From: Patescibacteria group bacterium
Lineage (GTDB): Bacteria > Patescibacteriota > Minisyncoccia > Phycocordibacterales > Zambryskibacteraceae
Reading direction: 5' to 3'
Length of the DNA stretch: 36,939 bases
Assembly: GCA_004322205.1 (NCBI GenBank)
Contig: SCSN01000004.1
Location: 1-36,939, forward strand
Position numbers and translations under genes: made by a program. Under the pieces are notes generated by a model, which saw nothing but the letters and a program-made list of their open reading frames with translations, did not search any database and was not told the origin of the DNA. Of this stretch, positions 7,917-18,701 are shown piece by piece. Positions within the stretch are counted from its first letter, which is position 1. Each line of letters opens with the position of its first letter.

Positions 7917-10601
7917 TTATTGATTTTTCAGAACCTTTTTCAGGTAATTGCCTGTATGCGAGCCCGAGACACTGGCGATGTGCTCCGGCATGCCGGCGGC
8001 AACAATTTTTCCGCCGCCTTCCCCACCTTCCGGACCGATATCGATGACCCAGTCGCAGGATTTTATGAAATCCATATTGTGCTCAATCACTACAACAGTA
8101 TTGCCATGGTCAACAAGTCTCTGCAAAATTTCGATAAGCCTCTTCACATCATCGTAGTGGAGACCGATAGTCGGCTCATCCAAAAGATAAATAGTTTTCT
8201 GCAAATGCGGCCGATAGAGCTCGGAGGAAATCTTCACCCTCTGCGCTTCCCCGCCAGAGAGCGTAGTGGCAGACTGCCCAAGCTCCAAGTAGCCGAGGCC
8301 GACATCTTCCATTGTTTTAAGCCGATCATAGACAGCCGGGATGTCCTCAAAAAATTTCAGGGCTTCTTCGACAGTCATCCGCAAAACGTCGTAAATGCTC
8401 TTTTTCTTATATGTGATTTCAAGTGTCTCTTTCATGAAGCGTTTGCCGTTACAGACATCGCAGGGCACGTAAACGGCCGGGAGAAAATGCATTTCCACAG
8501 CAATCTCACCTTTTCCTTGACAGGCCTCGCAACGCCCGCCTTTAATGTTAAAAGAAAAGCGGTTTGCCTTCCAGCCGCGCGCCCGGGCCTCCGAGGTTTG
8601 CACAAAGAGTTCGCGGATAAAAGTGAACGCCCCCGTGTAGGTGGCAGGATTTGAACGCGGAGTTCTGCCGATGGGAGATTGGTCAATAAGGATCGCTCGT
8701 CCCAGATATTCAGTGCCGGAAAATTCTGTGCAGTTGTAAACATCGTTGGAGCGATACCGCCGCTCAAAACGCACTTGAAGATTCCGGTGGAGAATCTCAT
8801 ACATAAGTGACGACTTTCCCGATCCCGACACACCAGTAACGGCAATCAACCTGCCAAGCGGCACGTCAACATTCATATTTTTGATATTGAAAATATTGCC
8901 GCCGCGAATGGAAATTCGTCCCCGGTTCTCCGCTCGGCGCTTCTCCGGCAACGCAATTCTTTCCTCGTCCCGAAGATAAGACAAAGTTCGCGATCCAGAG
9001 GCATTTTTCTTGGAGGTGATGAGTTTTTCGAGCCAATCGGCAACAACGACATGCCCACCGTGCACACCGGCGCCCGGGCCGAGGTCAACAATGTAATCGG
9101 AGGAAAAAATCGTGTCCTCGTCATGTTCCACCACGATTATGGTATTACCAAGGTCGCGAAGATTCAGGAGTGTCTTAATCAGCCGATCGTTGTCACGAGC
9201 GTGAAGACCAATAGTCGGCTCGTCAAGAACATAGAGAGCTCCGACCAACCCCGAGCCGAGCTGGGAAGCGAGACGAATGCGTTGGGCTTCACCGCCAGAG
9301 AGAGTGTGAGCGCGGCGATCAAGAGAGAGATATTCAATGCCGACGTTAATCATAAACTGAAGGCGAGATTTGATCTCCCGAAGCACTACCTTTGAAATGC
9401 TTCTCTCGCGCGCTGTAAGCTTCAAATTTTCGAAAAACTTAAAACAATCTTTTATTGAGAGCGCGGAGATGTCAACAATATTTTTCCCTCGGTCTGCCGA
9501 AGCTTTATGCGAAGGCGACCCGCCCACAAGCACCTGGAGAGCTTCCGGCCGCAGCCGCACCCCCTTGCAGGCCGGACAGGTTTTACCCGCTCTCTGCCAA
9601 CCTTCATTCTCTTCATATTCCCATTCCAGTTCAACCTGACCCAGACCATGGCAGCGCTCACAAGCGCCGAAAGGGCTATTGAAAGAAAAAAGGCGAGGCT
9701 CAATTTCAGGAAAAGAAAAGCCGTCGTGCGGGCAGGCGAATTTTGACGACATCAGGAAGCTTTCAATCCCAGGTTTCGAGTTTTTAGTTTGTTTTGTGTC
9801 GCCAAAGGCGATGCGCACTAAGCCGTCCGACTCGTGAAGGGCACGCTCCAGCGATTCGGAGAGCCGCTCTTCCGAACTTTTCGGATCATTGACGAAATCA
9901 GTAAGACTGATTGAATCAACCAAAACATCAATTTCGTGCCGCTTGTACTTTGAGAGAATGATTTGCTCGCGAAGTTTTTTGCGAACGCCGTCAATAAGCA
10001 CTTCAGAATAGCCCTTGCCCAAGAGGTCGTAGAGAAGCTGGTAATACTCGCCTTTTCTACCGCGCACCACCGGCGCAAAAATTTCAATGTACTGCGGAAG
10101 TGTAATTTTTCCAACCACGTTAGAAGCAACTCGCGGAACGCGAGCGCGGCTTCGTACGTGGTCGAGAACAAAATTTTTAATCTCTTCGACCGAGAGTCTT
10201 TTAATTTCCCTGCCGCAGACAAGACAGTGAGGTCGGCCCATTCGCGCGAATAGTACACGCAGATAATCGTAGATTTCAGTAATAGTTGCCACCGTCGAGC
10301 GCGGATTGTTTGAGCGAGATTTCTGATCAATTGAAATTGCTGGAGAAAGACCCGTAATTTCATCGACATCGGGCTTTTGCATCTGGCGCAGGAATTGCCG
10401 AGCATAGGCAGAAAGCGACTCAACATAGCGCCGCTGACCCTCGGCAAAAATCGTGTCAAAAGCCAAAGAGGACTTGCCGGAGCCGGAAAGCCCCGTAAAA
10501 ACAATCATTTTGTTGCGCGGCATTTCAACCGTAATGTTTTTGAGGTTGTGCGTGCGTGCGCCTTTAACTATGAGTTTTTCTTCAGTTTCCTTTTTAGACA
10601 T
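7917..10601 (-). CDS. uvrA: Excinuclease ABC subunit A
   Basis: Two ABC modules ([26 protein letters not shown] twice), zinc fingers. Confidence 0.98.
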   Translation of the reverse strand: MSKKETEEKLIVKGARTHNLKNITVEMPRNKMIVFTGLSGSGKSSLAFDTIFAEGQRRYVESLSAYARQFLRQMQKPDVDEITGLSPAISIDQKSRSNNPRSTVATITEIYDYLRVLFARMGRPHCLVCGREIKRLSVEEIKNFVLDHVRSRARVPRVASNVVGKITLPQYIEIFAPVVRGRKGEYYQLLYDLLGKGYSEVLIDGVRKKLREQIILSKYKRHEIDVLVDSISLTDFVNDPKSSEERLSESLERALHESDGLVRIAFGDTKQTKNSKPGIESFLMSSKFACPHDGFSFPEIEPRLFSFNSPFGACERCHGLGQVELEWEYEENEGWQRAGKTCPACKGVRLRPEALQVLVGGSPSHKASADRGKNIVDISALSIKDCFKFFENLKLTARERSISKVVLREIKSRLQFMINVGIEYLSLDRRAHTLSGGEAQRIRLASQLGSGLVGALYVLDEPTIGLHARDNDRLIKTLLNLRDLGNTIIVVEHDEDTIFSSDYIVDLGPGAGVHGGHVVVADWLEKLITSKKNASGSRTLSYLRDEERIALPEKRRAENRGRISIRGGNIFNIKNMNVDVPLGRLIAVTGVSGSGKSSLMYEILHRNLQVRFERRYRSNDVYNCTEFSGTEYLGRAILIDQSPIGRTPRSNPATYTGAFTFIRELFVQTSEARARGWKANRFSFNIKGGRCEACQGKGEIAVEMHFLPAVYVPCDVCNGKRFMKETLEITYKKKSIYDVLRMTVEEALKFFEDIPAVYDRLKTMEDVGLGYLELGQSATTLSGGEAQRVKISSELYRPHLQKTIYLLDEPTIGLHYDDVKRLIEILQRLVDHGNTVVVIEHNMDFIKSCDWVIDIGPEGGEGGGKIVAAGMPEHIASVSGSHTGNYLKKVLKNQ

Positions 10602-10843
10602 ACAGCCAACTCACCCCAGGTTTTGCCACAGGGTGCAATATAAGCACTCTATCAAATAAGATTGGCTAGAACAAGCACTCCTTAATATATCATATATGAT
10701 ACATTAAGAATCTTAGAAAAAATTTGACAAGTAACTACTAGTATGATAGCGTATTATTGGAAGTAGCCGAATCCCGCGGCGGCAGCTGTTTCATCCCAGT
10801 ACCACAAGCTTCGCTTGGCTACGGGATTTCGTCCTCCTTTTTA

Positions 10844-12931
10844 CTAACTTTTCTCTATAGTTTTCAATTTTTCTTTAAGAGCCGCAATTTCATCTCTTAG
10901 AATAGCTGCGGACTCAAAATCCAAAATTTTTACCGCAGCGTTCATTTGCAGTTCTTTTTGGCGGATAAGTTTGCGCGGGTTTTTTTTGAATAAGTACTCT
11001 TCAAGAGCAAGCTCATGCTCGACTGCCCTCTTGTGTTCGCGATTAAGTTCTTGAGTGATGTCTTTGATTTTTTTGACAATGGTTTGTGGTGTAATGCCGT
11101 GTTTTTCGTTATAGGCAATCTGAAGGGCACGCCGCCGGTTTGTCTCATCGACAGCGCGCTCGATTGAACCGGTGACACTGTCGGCGTAGAGAACCACTCT
11201 ACCTTCTACGTTTCTGGCGGCGCGCCCGATAATCTGAATAAGCGAAGTTTCGCTCCGCAAAAACCCCTCTTTGTCGGCGTCAAGAATTCCGATGAAAGTA
11301 ACCTCCGGCAAATCAAGTCCCTCCCGCAGAAGGTTGACGCCAACCAAAACATCGAACTCCCCTTTTCGAAACGTTGTCAAAATCTCTATGCGCTCAAGGG
11401 TCTGAATATCACTGTGAAGATACCGTGCTTTAATCTTTTTTTCTTTTAGAAACTCTGTCAGATCTTCGGCCATCTTTTTGGTAAGTGTAGTAGCTATAAC
11501 TCTTCCTCTCTTTTGAATAACTTTTTCCGCTTCAGCAATAAAGTCATAGATTTGTCCGCCGTATTTGTTTGGCGACCGGACCGCCGACTTGGCGGTTCGG
11601 TCGCCAAGTCCGCTTCTCCTACCTGCTTGGATTGGGTGCACCAAAACTTCCGGATCAACCAGCCCCGTCGGGCGGATAACTTGCTCCACCACTTGCCCGC
11701 TGACTTGCCGTTCATATTCCGCCGGTGTGGCTGATGTAAAAATAATTTGGCCTACGCGCTCGTTGAATTCATCAAACTTGAGAGGGCGATTGTCTTTAGC
11801 GCTCGGCAACCGAAAACCATGCTCGATAAGAGTCTCTTTTCGGGAGCGGTCTCCTTCGTACATTCCCCGAATTTGAGGAACTGTCACATGCGATTCATCA
11901 ATAATGGTGAGAAAATCCGGCTCGCCGCTTATGGCGTGCGGGAAATAAGAAAGCAGAGTATCAGGGGGCTCGCCGGCCGCCTTGCCCGAGAGGTGGCGCG
12001 AATAATTCTCAATACCATTGCAATAGCCGATTTCGCGAATCAAAGCCAAGTCATAATTCGTCCGACGCTTCAGCCTCTCTGCTTCCAGCAACTTGCCCTG
12101 CTCTTTTAATTCCTCCAACCGTCTTTCCAATTCCGCCTTTATATCTCGCAAAGCTCTCTCAAGCTCGCTCGGAGCAGTGATGAAGTGTTTAGCGGGGAAA
12201 AGAAAGAGAACATCAATGCTGTCTTTGAGAATAACACGCGAGACCGCGTCAATTTTCTGAATGGAGCTCACCGCGTCGTGAGCCGCCTCAAGCCGATATA
12301 TTACCCGCTCGGAGACAGGCATAATTTCGACAATATTGCCGATTGCGCGGAACTGCCCCGGAGTGAGGTCTGCATTGGTGCGCTCGAAGTGAATATCAAC
12401 AAGCTTGCGGATAAAGTCCGCCCGGGAAAACTTGTCGCCGCGAGCAATTTTTAGATTGACTCTCTCATACTCGACAGGACTTCCTAAACCGTATATGCAG
12501 GAAACTGAAGCGACTACGATCACATCTTTACGAGTCAAAAGAGCCTGGGTTGAAGCGTGCCGTAAACGTTCGATTTCTTCATTGATCTGTGCTTCTTTTT
12601 CAATATATGTGTCAGTTATCGGCATATATGCCTCCGGCTGATAGTAGTCGTAGTATGAAACAAAGTAGTGAACAGCATTGTTAGGGAAAAATTCTTTGTA
12701 CTCTTGAGCAAGTTGGGCAGCAAGAGTCTTGTTGTGTGCAATAACAAGAGTGGGCTTTTGAACCGCCTCAATAACATTCGCAACTGTAAATGTTTTTCCT
12801 GAGCCAGTCACACCTAAAAGAGTCTGGTGGGTTAGATCTTTCTCAAGCCCATCCACCAATTCCTTAATTGCATTTGGCTGGTCCCCCGCCGGAGCAAACT
12901 CACTTTTGATTTTAAATTTTTTCTTATTCAC
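10844..12931 (-). CDS. uvrB: Excinuclease ABC subunit B
   Basis: GVTGSGKT, YYDYYQPEAY, DESH, GRAAR, C-terminal UVR domain. Confidence 0.98.
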   Translation of the reverse strand: MNKKKFKIKSEFAPAGDQPNAIKELVDGLEKDLTHQTLLGVTGSGKTFTVANVIEAVQKPTLVIAHNKTLAAQLAQEYKEFFPNNAVHYFVSYYDYYQPEAYMPITDTYIEKEAQINEEIERLRHASTQALLTRKDVIVVASVSCIYGLGSPVEYERVNLKIARGDKFSRADFIRKLVDIHFERTNADLTPGQFRAIGNIVEIMPVSERVIYRLEAAHDAVSSIQKIDAVSRVILKDSIDVLFLFPAKHFITAPSELERALRDIKAELERRLEELKEQGKLLEAERLKRRTNYDLALIREIGYCNGIENYSRHLSGKAAGEPPDTLLSYFPHAISGEPDFLTIIDESHVTVPQIRGMYEGDRSRKETLIEHGFRLPSAKDNRPLKFDEFNERVGQIIFTSATPAEYERQVSGQVVEQVIRPTGLVDPEVLVHPIQAGRRSGLGDRTAKSAVRSPNKYGGQIYDFIAEAEKVIQKRGRVIATTLTKKMAEDLTEFLKEKKIKARYLHSDIQTLERIEILTTFRKGEFDVLVGVNLLREGLDLPEVTFIGILDADKEGFLRSETSLIQIIGRAARNVEGRVVLYADSVTGSIERAVDETNRRRALQIAYNEKHGITPQTIVKKIKDITQELNREHKRAVEHELALEEYLFKKNPRKLIRQKELQMNAAVKILDFESAAILRDEIAALKEKLKTIEKS

Positions 12932-14207
12932 GTACGTAATTCTTCAAAAAATCTTCTCGAAAGTCAAAAAAGTTGTCTTCCAGAATTACCTGCCTCATCT
13001 TACCCACCAAATGAAGAATGAAAAAGAGATTATGAATGGTCGCCAGCGTTCCGGCAAGCATTTCTTTACCGCGAAAAAGATGCGATAGATAGCTTCTGGT
13101 GTAATTCTTACAGGTATAGCACTCACACCCGGATTCAATGGGAGAAAAATCTTTTGTAAACTGTGCGTTGGTGATATTTATCTTCCCTTGCGCTGTATAG
13201 AGTGTGCCGTTGCGAGCATTGCGCGTTGGGGCGACACAGTCAAAAAGATCGACCCCGTTTAGAACTCCCGTAAACAAATCTTCAGGCTCCCCTATCCCAA
13301 GCAAATGACGAGGCTTGTCTTCCGGCAAAATTTCATTGACCCATTTGACCGCATTTGACATATCTTCTTTAGCAAACGAACCGCCAATGCCAAATCCGTC
13401 AAAATTCATTCCAGATATTATCGTTGCACTCTTTTTCCGTAAATCCTCGTGTCGTCCTCCCTGCACAATTCCAAAGAGCGCTGGCACATCTATTCGCTTA
13501 TTCGCGCGAATTAGAGAACGGTGATGTTCAAGTGAGCGCAATGCCCAGCGGTGGGTTCTCTCAAGCGCTTCCCGCTGATAACGCAAGTCTTCGGCAGGAG
13601 ATGTGCATTCATCAAAGGCAAAAATGATGTCGGCGCCGAAATTGTGCTGAATCTCAATGGATTTCTCCGGAGTGATGAAGTGGACCGAACCATCCAAATG
13701 AGATTTAAATGAAACTCCATCTTCGCCTATTTTTGCCAAGCGCGGCAGGAGAGCTTCATCGGCGCGTTCGAGAAAGGGTGGGTTTGGGTCAGCTTGAGAA
13801 ACAACCTTTGAAAGTTCCTTGCCTAAATCAGACTTGCTTGGCAAATCTGATCGGCCAAACTGTCCTATTTTGGAGAGTTTTAGACCATAAGCCGCCCCGA
13901 GAGAAAAAACTTGAAAGCCGCCGGAGTCGGCCATGATCGGCCCTTCCCAATTCATGAATTTATGCAATCCTCCGGCGTCCCGAATAAGCTCGTCGCCTGG
14001 CTGAAGATAAAGGTGATAAGTATTGACAAGCAATGCTTGCGCTCCAGTATTTTTCACTTGCTCCGGTGTAAGTGATTTGATCGTAGCCTTAGTGCCAACT
14101 GGAATAAAAGCTGGAGTATTAATTTTGCCGTGTGCAGTAAGAATAGATCCGGCGCGCGTAAGCGCGCCGGCAACTTTCTTCTCAATGCGAAAAGAGAGAG
14201 GCTGCAT
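12924..14207 (-). CDS. tgt: tRNA-guanine transglycosylase
   Basis: TPAFIPVGT, NTYHL, DSGGFQVFSL, GIVQGG, DLFDCV, CECYTC...H. Confidence 0.96.
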   Translation of the reverse strand: MQPLSFRIEKKVAGALTRAGSILTAHGKINTPAFIPVGTKATIKSLTPEQVKNTGAQALLVNTYHLYLQPGDELIRDAGGLHKFMNWEGPIMADSGGFQVFSLGAAYGLKLSKIGQFGRSDLPSKSDLGKELSKVVSQADPNPPFLERADEALLPRLAKIGEDGVSFKSHLDGSVHFITPEKSIEIQHNFGADIIFAFDECTSPAEDLRYQREALERTHRWALRSLEHHRSLIRANKRIDVPALFGIVQGGRHEDLRKKSATIISGMNFDGFGIGGSFAKEDMSNAVKWVNEILPEDKPRHLLGIGEPEDLFTGVLNGVDLFDCVAPTRNARNGTLYTAQGKINITNAQFTKDFSPIESGCECYTCKNYTRSYLSHLFRGKEMLAGTLATIHNLFFILHLVGKMRQVILEDNFFDFREDFLKNYVRE

Positions 14208-14233
14208 GAGAGATTACAGCCGCAAGACAAAAA

Positions 14234-14725
14234 TTACTGCGGCCTCCGGACGTCGAGCAACTCCACCTCAAAGACAAGAGTTGAGTTAGCAGGAATAGGG
14301 CCGGCGACGACGTTACCGTAGCCGAGTGACGGAGGAATGGTAATCCGTCGCTTGCCGCCCACCTTCATGCCAAGCACGCCGCGGTCAAAGCCCGGGATGA
14401 CTTGACCGCTGTCGAGAATAAATTGAAACGGCTGTCCGCGAACTCTAGAGCTGTCAAAAATCTGCCCATTCGTAAGCATGCCGACATAGTGAATCGTCAC
14501 AAGACTGCCGCGGAGTGCTTCTTGGCCGCTGCCAAGCGAGAGCTCATCAACGCGAAATTGGGAGTCATTAAACGAGACGGCGGTTTCAGCTCCACCGCCG
14601 AGCGCCGGAGCTTGAGCACGAATTCCACCAAAGAGCTGAGCAAAGGAGTCACCGAAAAAGAAAAAAGCAACGGCAACAAGACCGACGGCAAGAGCGATCC
14701 ACTGGATCATGTGTTTTGTTTGCAT
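14234..14725 (-). CDS. FKBP-type peptidyl-prolyl isomerase with N-terminal anchor
   Basis: HYVG-L-NG-IFDSS, VIPGFD-G, IPPSLGYG, IPANSTLVFEVEL. Confidence 0.95.
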   Translation of the reverse strand: MQTKHMIQWIALAVGLVAVAFFFFGDSFAQLFGGIRAQAPALGGGAETAVSFNDSQFRVDELSLGSGQEALRGSLVTIHYVGMLTNGQIFDSSRVRGQPFQFILDSGQVIPGFDRGVLGMKVGGKRRITIPPSLGYGNVVAGPIPANSTLVFEVELLDVRRPQ

Positions 14726-14922
14726 ATGTTACATGTTAACCCGTATGCATTTATTATACCCCATGAGATATTATAAATCACTCGTCATGCAACCTCTTCA
14801 GGTATCGCCTAACTACACATCTAGTGCATATATTGTACTATCTCACTGTTATCTCACGGGGTATACGCCAGATGGGAGACTAAGGAAAGGAAAATTGCAA
14901 AAGTGTTTTATTGGTTTAATAT

Positions 14923-15678
14923 ATGTGCTATATGACTGACGACGAACATTGTGCCCGGGTCAATTTACCCGAAAAACAGCTTCATAGAGTCCCTCTCTCG
15001 CACGCCGAAATGCACCGTGCAACACAAGAGCGGATTTACGAAATTTCCCGCGAATTCGAACAGGGCTTCAAATTTCTAGAGCGGTTTCCAAAGTCGGTAA
15101 CATTTTTCGGATCAACTAGGGTCTCGGATGGTCACCCAGACTATGATCACGCTCGGCTTCTCGCCGGGAGAATTACCCGCGAACTCGGCTATTCAGTGGT
15201 AACGGGCGGCGGTCCCGGCATCATGGAGGCGGCCAATCGCGGTGCCAAGGAAACCGGCGGGCACTCTGTCGGCCTAACTATCCGTCTGCCCAAGGAGCAG
15301 GTGATGAACGACTATCTCACCGAACACGTTGATTTTTACTATTTCTTCAGCCGAAAAGTCTGCCTCGCCTATTCGGCAGAAGCTTTTCTGTTTTTCCCGG
15401 GCGGCCTCGGCACCCTTGACGAATGTCTCGAAAATATCACCCTACTCCAGACTCACAAAATCCCGTCCGTACCTGTTATTCTTGTTGGCGATGGTTATTG
15501 GGAAAATTTCCGCGAGTTTTTGCGGAAGAATCTTCTCGAGCGCAGGACAATCGATCCGGAAGATCTCGAACTCTTCACTATCGAGAATGATGATGAAAAA
15601 ATTCTCTCTATCATCAAGTCGGCACCAGTGAAAGAGTTCGTCCCCTACAAAGGTCTGCGGGTCAATCCTATTGAATAA
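14923..15678 (+). CDS. LOG family (TIGR00730-like) nucleotide phosphoribohydrolase
   Basis: TGGGPGIMEAANRGA, YFFSRK, PGGLGTLDE; start uncertain (14923 or 14932). Confidence 0.92.
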   Translation: MCYMTDDEHCARVNLPEKQLHRVPLSHAEMHRATQERIYEISREFEQGFKFLERFPKSVTFFGSTRVSDGHPDYDHARLLAGRITRELGYSVVTGGGPGIMEAANRGAKETGGHSVGLTIRLPKEQVMNDYLTEHVDFYYFFSRKVCLAYSAEAFLFFPGGLGTLDECLENITLLQTHKIPSVPVILVGDGYWENFREFLRKNLLERRTIDPEDLELFTIENDDEKILSIIKSAPVKEFVPYKGLRVNPIE

Positions 15679-15721
15679 GACTTGGGAGCTTAGCTTCCAA
15701 GTTCCAACAAGCTTTTTTAAT

Positions 15722-16060
15722 ATGGAGCCACTCGCCAGAAAAAAATGTGTCCCTTGCGAAGGAAGCACGCCGCCACTCAACCACTCCAAAAATCTCGAGT
15801 ATCTAAAGCAGATCAACCAATGGGAGCTCGAAGAAGACAGAGCGATTGAGAAAACATATTTGTTTAAGGATTTTGCGGCGGCGATGAAATTTCTAAATGA
15901 AGTGGCGCGTATTGCCGAGGAGGAAAGTCACCACCCTGATTTCTGCCTGCGCGGCTGGAACAAAGTGACAATCCGTCTCTCCACTCACGCTGTTGGCGGA
16001 CTTTCGGAAAACGACTTTATTCTAGCCGCCAAGATCGATGAAATTTTACCAAAAACGTGA
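15722..16060 (+). CDS. Pterin-4-alpha-carbinolamine dehydratase
   Basis: CVPCEG, FKDFAAA, HHPD, THAVGGLSENDFILAAKID. Confidence 0.95.
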   Translation: MEPLARKKCVPCEGSTPPLNHSKNLEYLKQINQWELEEDRAIEKTYLFKDFAAAMKFLNEVARIAEEESHHPDFCLRGWNKVTIRLSTHAVGGLSENDFILAAKIDEILPKT

Positions 16061-16089
16061 ACCCCGCCAGCCCTGAAGCTGGCGGGGTT
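16060..16089. terminator. Hairpin terminator between convergent genes
   Basis: AACCCCGCCAGC/GCTGGCGGGGTT 12-bp stem. Confidence 0.65.
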
Positions 16090-16112
16090 ATGTCGCGCGC
16101 TTGCTTGCTAAA

Positions 16113-16643
16113 CTAACGGACTTCCATCTGGCGTCTGATGTGCGTGAAAGGCAAGATCGCTATCTTCCCGTTCTCGCACACGACTACCTCCAAGTCCTCC
16201 TCGGAGAGGGCGCTCTGGACATGCACCAGAACGCTGTCTCCATCTTGGAAGACGAAAAGGGAATCACGCCAGAGCCGTTCCCTGCCATCCAGAGAGTGCG
16301 ACCCTCGCCCCCACGAGAGCTCTTGCGGTGAACCGCTGTACCTCCTCACCCACCCATCTCGAGTGCCGATCGGAGCAGCCGATCTGGTGATGATTCGCAC
16401 CAGATGGAGTGCCGTGAGAATTCCCATTGTTCCTTGCAGAAAGAGTGCGCTGGGATCTCCCGGCCTCTGGAACTCCGGATAGGCCCGGAAGATACGACCA
16501 TCCTCTGCAAGCGGAGGGTTGTTCTCGGAGAGTGGAATGAAACGCTGAACTCGTCTTCCTTTACCGCTTTCCCCGAGCGATATACTCCGCTTGCAGACAA
16601 CTAAGCCCGGTTCCAGAATGTGGTTCGCGACAGTGTAGAGCAC
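16113..16643 (-). CDS. Hypothetical protein
   Basis: GTG start after SD AAAGGGGG; promoter TTGACC-17-TATCTT at ~16737-16709. Confidence 0.7.
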   Translation of the reverse strand: MLYTVANHILEPGLVVCKRSISLGESGKGRRVQRFIPLSENNPPLAEDGRIFRAYPEFQRPGDPSALFLQGTMGILTALHLVRIITRSAAPIGTRDGWVRRYSGSPQELSWGRGSHSLDGRERLWRDSLFVFQDGDSVLVHVQSALSEEDLEVVVCENGKIAILPFTHIRRQMEVR

Positions 16644-16740
16644 TATTCCCCCTTTTCTTATCTTGTTGGTTTTGTGTTGTGCGCGCGACATCAATGAACT
16701 CCGTGCTAAAGATAACACATTGAAAATGTTTGGTCAAACA

Positions 16741-16894
16741 AAAAACTCGAGGCGCGCCTCGAGCCGGTGAAGACTAGGTACGGAAACCCGCTTCCCTGTC
16801 GGGGGGAACGAAGATGGCAGGTTTGCTCTGGCTTGATGAGCTGGCGGACCCACCAGCGACACTGCAACCGTATCCGTACCCAGTCTTCAGATCT
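16741..16894 (-). ncRNA. Unknown structured small RNA candidate 2
   Basis: TTGACA(16929)-17-TATCCT(16906) promoter; 17-bp closing stem 16889-16873/16784-16768; terminator CTCGAGG-CGCG-CCTCGAG-TTTTTT. Confidence 0.7.
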
Positions 16895-16968
16895 ATTGTA
16901 AGGATACAAAAACGCTTTACTTCTGTCAAGAGATATGCGGCGGCGGGCTTATATTGCTTTGGTATTTC

Positions 16969-17370
16969 CTACTCGGCCTCCCCGTGTAAAAGCCACTCTA
17001 TAGCTTCTTCTTTGTTGCGAAAACCCTTGAGATTTTTTCGGCCGGAGAGCGCTACCACCACGTCCTCCGCCATAATCATATACTGGGTGCCCCCAAAGGT
17101 AGCGGTGCGAAGCACATACGGCTCGTTTTCTTTCATCAGGGCGACGAGCTGCGTTACCACTTCGGCGTCATATTGGTGCAACTCGGAAATATCGATCAGG
17201 CAGAGAACCCTCTCTCCTTTCTTATCAAAAAGACTTTTGATTGTCTCCTTTACCTTTTGCGCCCACTCGGCAAATTTCGGCAGGTGGCGCGCCTCTAAAT
17301 TTCCCCCGATGGTTACGTGAACAACATCGGAAGTACCAACAGAGACTTCAAGTTTCACTCCGTTTTTCAT
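16969..17370 (-). CDS. STAS/SpoIIAA-like domain protein
   Basis: VHVTIGG-L, LCLIDISEL, RTATFG, F-N-EEAIEWL. Confidence 0.75.
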   Translation of the reverse strand: MKNGVKLEVSVGTSDVVHVTIGGNLEARHLPKFAEWAQKVKETIKSLFDKKGERVLCLIDISELHQYDAEVVTQLVALMKENEPYVLRTATFGGTQYMIMAEDVVVALSGRKNLKGFRNKEEAIEWLLHGEAE

Positions 17371-17397
17371 TTAAAAATTATACCAAGCCATTTAAAA

Positions 17398-17814
17398 CTA
17401 TCGTCTTCTGCCGTCGAGACCGCGATACCTGCCGGCATTAGCCGCGATAAAGAGCCAAAATAGAAGAGCGTAAATAATATGCTCATCGACCAAATAGGAA
17501 TGGTCGCCGGCGTATGGGAACTTGAGAATTGGAAAGTAGTAGAGCGTCATGAGAACAATCCCAGCAATTGACGCCCAGCGAACATAAAAGCCGATAAGTA
17601 GAGCAATGCCGATAATTAGCAGACCCCATTCGTTTATAAAATTCACCCAGCCGATATTGCCGGGGCTTGCAAACCAAGCAAAGGGTCCCTTGAAAGACTG
17701 CGCGTTCTTGAGATAGCCTGCCGCCGTCCACGAGGCGTCGGTGATTTTCGAAAGCCCGGCATAAACAAACAACCAGCCCATCGCCAAACGGAGAACAAAA
17801 ATTACGTTTTTCAT
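17398..17814 (-). CDS. DoxX family membrane protein
   Basis: LRLAMGWLFVYAGLSKI, IGIALLIG--VRWAS, AGRY-GLD. Confidence 0.9.
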   Translation of the reverse strand: MKNVIFVLRLAMGWLFVYAGLSKITDASWTAAGYLKNAQSFKGPFAWFASPGNIGWVNFINEWGLLIIGIALLIGFYVRWASIAGIVLMTLYYFPILKFPYAGDHSYLVDEHIIYALLFWLFIAANAGRYRGLDGRRR

Positions 17815-17870
17815 ATTCGCGCTTCAAAAATTAACCACCTTTATAGAATTCACCAAATTGCTAACGTAAG

Positions 17871-18158
17871 TTATTTTTTGCTCTGCTGGGCTATCCGCTG
17901 GAGTTCCTGCTGCATTTTCCCCAGTTCCCGCTCGTGTTCGCTCATCCGCCGCTTAATCTGTTCAACTTCAAATTGGAGTTTATTGAGCTCTGCTTCCTCC
18001 CTCTGCAGTTCTTGTTTCTTTCGCTCCAATTCTGCTTTCCTCTTGTGTAAATCACGCTCTTTATCCGCCAGCTCGTTGTTTTCCTTATCAATTTCTCTCT
18101 TGAGCTGTTCGAGAGTTTGTGTTGACGCATTCATGCTGTTGCCGTTAGTTTGTAACAA
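17871..18158 (-). CDS. Small coiled-coil protein
   Basis: Continuous E/K/Q/L heptads; start may be ATG 18134. Confidence 0.75.
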   Translation of the reverse strand: MLQTNGNSMNASTQTLEQLKREIDKENNELADKERDLHKRKAELERKKQELQREEAELNKLQFEVEQIKRRMSEHERELGKMQQELQRIAQQSKK

Positions 18159-18213
18159 TACCTCTTTTCTTGACTCTCATTTTACCACAAATATCCGCGC
18201 GGTATGTGCATAC

Positions 18214-18234
18214 TACCAAGGTTTAACCTTGGTA
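18214..18234. repeat. AGGTTTAACCT-family palindrome (also 18625-18640 and a double copy at 29706-29742)
   Basis: TACCAAGGTT-T-AACCTTGGTA perfect inverted repeat. Confidence 0.7.
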
Positions 18235-18284
18235 AAAGCAAATAATCAGTTTTGGTTGTAAGTTAAGAGAAAACGAAGCTTGGA

Positions 18285-18539
18285 TTACGAAAGATGCTTG
18301 GAGACAAGTTTTGTCATCTCAAACATATTGACAGTCGCTCTTCCGTCAAATACTTTCTTGAGCTTTTCATCGGCGTTAATGTTGCGCTTGTTTGCCGAAT
18401 CTTGAAGACCGTTTCTTTTTATGTACTCCCAGAGCTTCTTAACCACTTCGGAACGAGGCATTGGCCCTTGCCCAACTACAGACGCCAATTCCGGGCTAAT
18501 ATTCATCGGCTTCATAAATGCAGAATTGCTTTTTGCCAT
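18285..18539 (-). CDS. SWIB/MDM2 domain protein
   Basis: FMKP--ISPELA-VVG--PMPRSEVVKKLWEYIK-NGLQD--NKR-I-AD, MFEMTKLVSKHL. Confidence 0.95.
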   Translation of the reverse strand: MAKSNSAFMKPMNISPELASVVGQGPMPRSEVVKKLWEYIKRNGLQDSANKRNINADEKLKKVFDGRATVNMFEMTKLVSKHLS

Positions 18540-18701
18540 GATTGTTCTTTTTACTTATTTAATCATTCAATCATATCAATTTTATAATGCAAAAGCCATC
18601 AAAATTTCCCATTCTTAGAGTTTACCGAGGTTTAACCTTGATGCAGGGATAATTGTCTAAATTCTACCACAACACACTCTGCAATACACAAAGGAAAACG
18701 G

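Noticed and set aside
10620-10760. LexA/SOS box upstream of uvrA
   Set aside because: AT-rich with weak dyads, but no recognisable CTGT-N8-ACAG or GAAC-N4-GTTC site.
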